From: Bacteriovoracaceae bacterium
GTDB taxonomy: Bacteria > Bdellovibrionota > Bacteriovoracia > Bacteriovoracales > Bacteriovoracaceae
NCBI GenBank assembly: GCA_049599895.1
Contig: JBMYPC010000033.1
Location: forward strand, 1 to 25,676
Length of the DNA: 25,676 nucleotides
Direction of reading: 5' to 3'
Shown: positions 18,975-25,676 of the stretch, piece after piece
Numbering within the stretch: position 1 is the stretch's first letter
How the letters are laid out: every line of letters starts with the position of its first letter
Program-made: the position numbers and the translations under genes
Notes under the pieces: generated by a model
Databases searched by the model: none
Seen by the model: the letters and a program-made list of their open reading frames with translations, nothing else
Told to the model about the DNA's origin: nothing

Positions 18975-19768
18975 GGATGCGATCCTCGATTATTCTTATC
19001 ACTCTGCTTAGCATAATTGAAAATTGGTAGGCTCATCAAGCAGTGGTATAAACGTCTTGGCATTTTATCAAGCAATGTGATGACAAACCTCATTTGCCAG
19101 GGAAAAATGATCAGTCTTTTCTTTTGGTCTAAGTCGCTAGCAATCATCTTTGCCGCTTTCTCAGCAGTCATCATAAAAGGCATAGAGTGATTATTTTTTT
19201 GTGTAAGTGGAGTATCAATAAAGCCTGGAGCAATTACTGAAACAGAAATATTTTGATTCTTTAAATCAAGGCTTAATGATTCACAATATTTTAAGACCGC
19301 TGCTTTAGATGCACTATAAGGCCCTGCCCCCGGAAGACCAACAAAACCCGCGACCGAGGCTACGGCCACAAGATGACCCGATCCCATTTTTTCAAACTCT
19401 TCATAAGCCGCTTCAAAAGTATTAATAACACCCATGACATTACTATTCACAACATCTCTAGCAGCATTAAAGTCAGGTCTAACAGATTTGGCACCAACTG
19501 ATCTTCCAGCATTGGCGATCATCATCTGAAGCCCAGGGGATTTAAAAGTCTTTGAAAACTTTTTCACTGCTAAATGAATCTCTTCTTTAATCGAGACATC
19601 AGCTTTCTCACAAAAAAAATTCTCATGATTTTTCAGTAAATCAGGAACCTTCGAAAGATCTCTTCCACAAACACCTACAACATCACCACGATCAAGATAG
19701 TATCTTGAGAGCTCAAGACCGATGCCTGAAGTCCCACCTGTAATAAAAATTTTTCTTCCTTCACTCAT
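18971..19768 (-). CDS. Short-chain dehydrogenase/reductase
   Basis: TGGTSGIG, ANAG, YSASK, PGFIDTPLT. Confidence 0.92.
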   Translation of the reverse strand: MSEGRKIFITGGTSGIGLELSRYYLDRGDVVGVCGRDLSKVPDLLKNHENFFCEKADVSIKEEIHLAVKKFSKTFKSPGLQMMIANAGRSVGAKSVRPDFNAARDVVNSNVMGVINTFEAAYEEFEKMGSGHLVAVASVAGFVGLPGAGPYSASKAAVLKYCESLSLDLKNQNISVSVIAPGFIDTPLTQKNNHSMPFMMTAEKAAKMIASDLDQKKRLIIFPWQMRFVITLLDKMPRRLYHCLMSLPIFNYAKQSDKNNRGSHP

Positions 19769-19821
19769 AGACCTATACTGGTAACATAAAAAGATTCATC
19801 CTTTAAGGAAGGATAGCTTAT

Positions 19822-20619
19822 ATGGATCAAATTATTCCTCTCATTATCTGTGGAGTTGGAGCAGGGCTTCTGTCTTCATTCTTTGGAGTGGGAGGGGGCA
19901 TTATAATTGTGCCATTTCTCTATTTTGCTTTTCCAAACTGGACTCCAAGTATGATCGCAGGAACCAGTCTCGGGGTTATTTTCTTTAACTCAGTACTAAA
20001 TTCGTACCTGTATTATAAAAAAGGCCATCGTCTCGGAAAAAATATTATTATTCTCTACTTCTTTTCCATGGGTATTGGAGTCTACACAGGACTTGCCCTC
20101 GCCCACACCATTGACCCAAAAATCGTAAGGTTTGTCCTGGCCTCAATGCTTCTTTTTGTTGCTTATAAAACCTTTCGAAAAAGGCCTAAAGTTGGAGGTA
20201 ATCTTAAAGAGATCCCAAAAGAAAGGTATCTTCTTCTTTTTATCAGCTGTGTTTTAAGCGGAATTCTCAGTGGACTTACAGGTCTAGGCGGTGGTGCAAT
20301 CCTAGTCCCAATCCTTATCTCAGTCATTGGGCTCGTGGTAACTCTAGTTCCTGTTTACTCAAATATGGCCATGACTTTTGGCGCCCTCATTGGCGTGACC
20401 AAAAGTCTCTTTCTCAATGCCCGAACAAACCTTCAATTTATGCCAGATTTTGCAGTTGGCCAAATTCATTTCGCAGTCATCTTCATTATCTTTTGTGGAG
20501 CCTATTTCGGCGCAAAGCTCGGTATAAAGCTCAATGAGAGAATTCCTCAGCGAAAAGCGGAAATCATCTTCGCTATTTTTCTTATTATCACAGGCCTAAA
20601 AATTTTCTCGAGTCTATAA
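19822..20619 (+). CDS. Sulfite exporter TauE/SafE family membrane protein
   Basis: Duplicated FGVGGGIIIVP / TGLGGGAILVP motifs, GTSL, and about 8 hydrophobic segments. Confidence 0.88.
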   Translation: MDQIIPLIICGVGAGLLSSFFGVGGGIIIVPFLYFAFPNWTPSMIAGTSLGVIFFNSVLNSYLYYKKGHRLGKNIIILYFFSMGIGVYTGLALAHTIDPKIVRFVLASMLLFVAYKTFRKRPKVGGNLKEIPKERYLLLFISCVLSGILSGLTGLGGGAILVPILISVIGLVVTLVPVYSNMAMTFGALIGVTKSLFLNARTNLQFMPDFAVGQIHFAVIFIIFCGAYFGAKLGIKLNERIPQRKAEIIFAIFLIITGLKIFSSL

Positions 20620-20625
20620 ATCATC

Positions 20626-20654
20626 TTGACCACTTAGAGGCCCTCGATTATATT
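20626..20654 (+). promoter_or_regulatory. Sigma70 promoter of tRNA-Asp
   Basis: TTGACC-N17-TATATT, 21 nt upstream of the tRNA. Confidence 0.75.
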
Positions 20655-20675
20655 GTTCTACACTTAATACTATGC

Positions 20676-22197
<1,522 letters not shown>

Positions 22198-22225
<28 letters not shown>

Positions 22226-22401
22226 AAAAGTTCCTTTAAATCTTTTTCTCTGAAAAGTCTGTAACCGTTAATTGGGTGCTTTACAGACTTCAACTTTCCT
22301 TCGCTTTCCCATTTTCTCACAGTACCCTTTGATACACCTAATAGTTTAGATGCACCATCAACCGTAATAAAATCTTTAAAGTTTAGTTCGATAGCGTCCA
22401 C
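22198..22401 (-). CDS. MerR/excisionase-type HTH protein (candidate directionality factor or regulator)
   Basis: ITVDGASKLLGVSKGTVRKWESEGKL...PINGYRLF; GTG start with GGAGGT RBS; overlaps the recombinase start by 28 bp. Confidence 0.88.
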
Positions 22402-22439
22402 TTGTACCTCCTTTCCTAAACGAACCTAGGATTTGTAAC

Positions 22440-22937
22440 TTACTGATTCTTTTTAAGAACATTGATAAGTCCAATCATTCGGTTAATCAGTTGCGGTTCA
22501 TACTTTGTTAAAACCAATTCCATCTTTTTAAATACGCTCTCATCAATTAAGGCCTTAGCCTCCTTCGGTGTTATCTTCTCTGGAAATAAATCACCAATAT
22601 AGCTTGGGTTGTCCTGGGCACTTAAAGCCTCTTTCATAATCTCAGCTTCAAACCTTGAACATCTCGCTAATTTGATACAGCAAAGAACCAGTTGCTCCAC
22701 CAGCATTTTTTGATGAACTGTTTTGGCATTAAACTCTTCAACAAACGCATCATATAAGGTCTGATGGTCAACTGAATCATACCCTTTGAGTTTCATCTTA
22801 TTTGATAAAACACCATGTTTTAAAGCGTTCTGGCTGGATATAGCCTTTCCTTGCTCTGTCTTTACACCTCCTTTCTTACCGTTCTCACGACTTGCCCTTC
22901 GCCTTCTCTGCTTGATTGGGTCAGTTGTCTCTTTCAT
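22440..22937 (-). CDS. Hypothetical protein with basic N-terminal 'RENGKKGGVKTEQGK..S..NALKHG' motif
   Basis: 165 aa; GGAGGT RBS; ATGA overlap with the upstream gene. The motif resembles the GPxTxEGKxxSxxNAxKHG segment of HGGxSTG-related mobile-element proteins. Confidence 0.75.
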   Translation of the reverse strand: MKETTDPIKQRRRRASRENGKKGGVKTEQGKAISSQNALKHGVLSNKMKLKGYDSVDHQTLYDAFVEEFNAKTVHQKMLVEQLVLCCIKLARCSRFEAEIMKEALSAQDNPSYIGDLFPEKITPKEAKALIDESVFKKMELVLTKYEPQLINRMIGLINVLKKNQ

Positions 22938-23908
22938 TGCATTACCTCCTGAAAAAAGTTCTTAATATCGGCATTAAATATGTCCGATGGTTGTTGTTGA
23001 TATGGTGTTAAGGAAAAGTATTTCCCGTAATCCCTTTGAAAATTCTTGTTTGCATTAAGTTTTTTGCGAGTAAGAAAGTATCCCTCGTGTTTGATAAGTG
23101 CTTTAAATTCACTGAATTGCTCTTGCTGGTTCTGAGTTAAGTTTGAAATTTCACTGAACTCTAAATTATTGAGCGTCACGATGCTTAATGGGTCATAATC
23201 CAGTATTTCAGATAGACCATATCTAAGCTGTTCAAGAACTTTGATTGGAACTTTAGGCCCGCTTAATTGTCTCTCTATCCTTGTCCATGGCCTTTCAACT
23301 CGCTCTCTTTTAGCCTTGTTATAGATAAGGACCTTGTCGTTACCTGAACCAATCAATAATCCTGTCTTAATGGAACCACCCATATATTCAACATGGGCTT
23401 TTTTGTACTTAACATCTAAGCCCCTTAGAACTTGCTGGTACTCTTCGTAAATATCCACTGTGAAGTCTAATCGATATATCTTTGACCTTAATACTGTTGG
23501 ACCGAATATTTTGTGTAGTACAAACTCTGATACAGATAAATTATTAGCATGAGATGGATTTAGAATTACTTTTTGGAACTCTTGATTATCTGGTACACCA
23601 AGTAAGCAATTTACGTTCAACTTACCTGTTTCAATCACTAGGTAGAATTTTTTATCCCTTAGCTTTTTACCTTCTACCTTGAACCCTAAATATTCACAAC
23701 GTTCCAATAGTTCACTAACGAGCATCTTCTCAGGTAGGAATATTTCCAGTTTATCAATTAGCCCTCTACCAAGTGCATTACATTGAGTTGTTGACGTAGG
23801 ATTTAGGGTTGATACCTTACTGTGAACTTTAGAAAGTAACTTAGTGAAGCTGACTACTCTTCCAAGTTCTTCATTAGTAAATGTTGTTAAAGGTTCATTC
23901 CCATTCAT
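22934..23908 (-). CDS. Putative Rep_trans-superfamily rolling-circle initiator/relaxase
   Basis: Ordered motifs IDKLEI, LNPS, IYRLDFTVD, TGLLIGSG, VLIYNK and WTRIERQL parallel the RxDxAxD, TxYxGS, IY(N/D)K and WxRxE motifs of pT181 RepC/NicK-like proteins. Confidence 0.65.
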   Translation of the reverse strand: MNGNEPLTTFTNEELGRVVSFTKLLSKVHSKVSTLNPTSTTQCNALGRGLIDKLEIFLPEKMLVSELLERCEYLGFKVEGKKLRDKKFYLVIETGKLNVNCLLGVPDNQEFQKVILNPSHANNLSVSEFVLHKIFGPTVLRSKIYRLDFTVDIYEEYQQVLRGLDVKYKKAHVEYMGGSIKTGLLIGSGNDKVLIYNKAKRERVERPWTRIERQLSGPKVPIKVLEQLRYGLSEILDYDPLSIVTLNNLEFSEISNLTQNQQEQFSEFKALIKHEGYFLTRKKLNANKNFQRDYGKYFSLTPYQQQPSDIFNADIKNFFQEVMQ

Positions 23909-23935
23909 GAACCTAGTAAAACATTACTGAACTAT

Positions 23936-24997
23936 TTAAGATTCAAGGTGAAAGAAGCGTTTTTCAGGTTGAAAATTTTGTAACTCTTTGAAATTGTAAT
24001 TTTCAATATCGTCCCAGATATAAATCTTTTGAAAAATTTCTGGTTTTTTTGTTGGAAGGTCTAAAAATCTCTCCACACAAACATGACAGGCCCTTAGATA
24101 TTTAATGTTCTCTTTGATTATTTTCACATAGGGCTTAATTGTATGAGTATAGGTGGTAGCGTCTGGAATTAAATCATTGGCAACCATGGCCTCTATGGTG
24201 AGAAGTGAATACTTTTTAGGGTCACTCTTAATCAATTCTTTGATATTTTCTGGAATATCCCAATACTGAGAAAAATGGGCTAGGTAGTTCTCTTTCCCCT
24301 TTTCGTCATCTATTTTATTATAGGCTTTAATGCACTCAGACACTTCACTATAGTAATAATCTAAACTCCAATAATTATACTTTCTGGCCTTAGACCTTAA
24401 ATCGCCTTTAATTGCTTTGGTTAATTCGTCATTAAACTTATCACTTTTGGTGGTATGTTTGAGTTTATACCGACATTGAGCAATTCTTTTCTCAACATAT
24501 TCAGAACCAAGATACTTTGGTGTTATTGATACTAAGTCAAAGATTGCTTTCTCACTTCTATTGATGACAGACACTAACTCCCAAAATATCAACTTTGCCC
24601 TAATTCTTGAATAATTCCACTGCCTAAGAGTCTTAGAATCTCTTAGAAAGACCTTTCTCATACCTGCAATTCTATCGTCATCTTTGATGTACAAATGCTC
24701 AGAATCAAAGAATTTCACGCTATTATCAGACAATGTATCTGCTCTTGAGAAAATGTTGGTAATGAAAGCCTCAGCTAGGTCAAAGTCATTTATATGAAAT
24801 GGGCTTCTATCACCAACTAATTTCGCAGGGAGTTTAGCGTTGGTTTTTATGGCCGTCTTAATTTCTTCCAATGGGAATGGTGACACATACTTTTTAAAAG
24901 TTTTATTAAACAGGGCCAAAGCCTGTAATCGACTACTGATATGCTCTTGAAGAGCATCTTTATCTTGTGAATATGGAATATTAAACTTTATCTTCAT
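23936..24997 (-). CDS. Hypothetical protein (no recognised family)
   Basis: 353-aa ORF, Lys/Ile/Tyr-rich, co-oriented within the element. Confidence 0.75.
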   Translation of the reverse strand: MKIKFNIPYSQDKDALQEHISSRLQALALFNKTFKKYVSPFPLEEIKTAIKTNAKLPAKLVGDRSPFHINDFDLAEAFITNIFSRADTLSDNSVKFFDSEHLYIKDDDRIAGMRKVFLRDSKTLRQWNYSRIRAKLIFWELVSVINRSEKAIFDLVSITPKYLGSEYVEKRIAQCRYKLKHTTKSDKFNDELTKAIKGDLRSKARKYNYWSLDYYYSEVSECIKAYNKIDDEKGKENYLAHFSQYWDIPENIKELIKSDPKKYSLLTIEAMVANDLIPDATTYTHTIKPYVKIIKENIKYLRACHVCVERFLDLPTKKPEIFQKIYIWDDIENYNFKELQNFQPEKRFFHLES

Positions 24998-25001
24998 AAA
25001 T

Positions 25002-25030
25002 AAAAAAGCCTCCCAAAATAACAGGAGGCT
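25002..25030 (-). terminator. Intrinsic terminator after the methyltransferase
   Basis: Minus strand AGCCTCC-N10-GGAGGCT followed by a T run. Confidence 0.65.
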
Positions 25031-25056
25031 CTCTAAAATTATATTTCACTACTTGA

Positions 25057-25676
25057 TTAAAACAAAATGCTGCTTATATGGGCTTGAGAAGCCTTTCCCT
25101 TACTAATAATGTGCAGGTTGTCCTTTTTAATATATTTGTCCTTTGAGACCTCATCACTAATAAGAACTTTGGTATCATACTCATTTTTAACACAAGCCTT
25201 CAAAAGGGTTTCCTGAGCATCTTTGAGAGTTTCACCTTCTCTTTGAACCTTAACAGGAATTGGTTTAATTTCTTCTCCATCTTTAATAAAACCATCTATC
25301 CCCTTGTTTCTCTGAACGGGGTAAGCGTTAATTTCACCAAGATAAGCCGTGATATTCTCACATTGATTTTTGTAAGATTGACGACCTTTTTTCATTAAGG
25401 CTGATTCTGACTTAATAGGATTATCTACCCTTTGCTTAGAAAGTTCGATAGCGTCCTTAGAAACGTCCATTCCAATAAATTTCCTGTTAAGCAGCTTTGC
25501 AGCAACCATTGTTGTCCCACTTCCACAGAAAGGGTCCATTACAACGTCACCTTCATCAGAAGCCAACTCAATAATCTTTTCAAGCAACAAAATCGGCTTT
25601 TGAGTGGGATAACCAACACGCTCTTTTGCTTTCGGGTTTAAATAGGGAATCTCCCACACATCAGATAGTGGCACAC
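25057..25676 (-). CDS. Amino (N6-A/N4-C) DNA methyltransferase, beta-class order, 5'-truncated by the window
   Basis: DVWEIP, YPTQKP, VMDPFCGSGTT SAM-binding motif I lying C-terminal. The catalytic motif IV must be outside the window. Confidence 0.9.
   Translation of the reverse strand, partial: VPLSDVWEIPYLNPKAKERVGYPTQKPILLLEKIIELASDEGDVVMDPFCGSGTTMVAAKLLNRKFIGMDVSKDAIELSKQRVDNPIKSESALMKKGRQSYKNQCENITAYLGEINAYPVQRNKGIDGFIKDGEEIKPIPVKVQREGETLKDAQETLLKACVKNEYDTKVLISDEVSKDKYIKKDNLHIISKGKASQAHISSILF

Overview
The window is mostly core chromosome of an AT-rich bacterium. Gene order and protein style suggest Bdellovibrionota (Bacteriovorax/Halobacteriovorax-like), which is inference only. From 1 to 20620 it carries mlaD(partial)-mlaF-mlaE, alr, a degenerate signalling-like protein, aroK, rpmF-fabH-fabD-fabG-acpP-fabF-glyA, a probable pseudogene, a DUF2288-like gene, an orphan astB, nrdR-nusB, a SAM methyltransferase, a DUF6165-like gene, greB, an LMW phosphatase, def, a lipoprotein, an SDR and a TauE/SafE exporter. 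At tRNA-Asp(GTC) (20676-20752) an integrated element begins and runs off the right edge. It holds a large serine recombinase whose last 13 codons are the antisense of the tRNA, a MerR-type HTH, a small basic 'NALKHG' protein, a Rep_trans-like initiator/relaxase, an orphan ORF and a truncated DNA methyltransferase. The most interesting signals are: (1) this compact serine-integrase plus Rep_trans element; (2) an in-frame A_AAA_AAG slippery site that could fuse its HTH to the recombinase by a -1 frameshift; (3) a ~165-nt multi-hairpin element between acpP and fabF; (4) a sigma54 promoter with two palindromic candidate enhancer sites upstream of astB. All protein calls come from motif recognition, not database searches.
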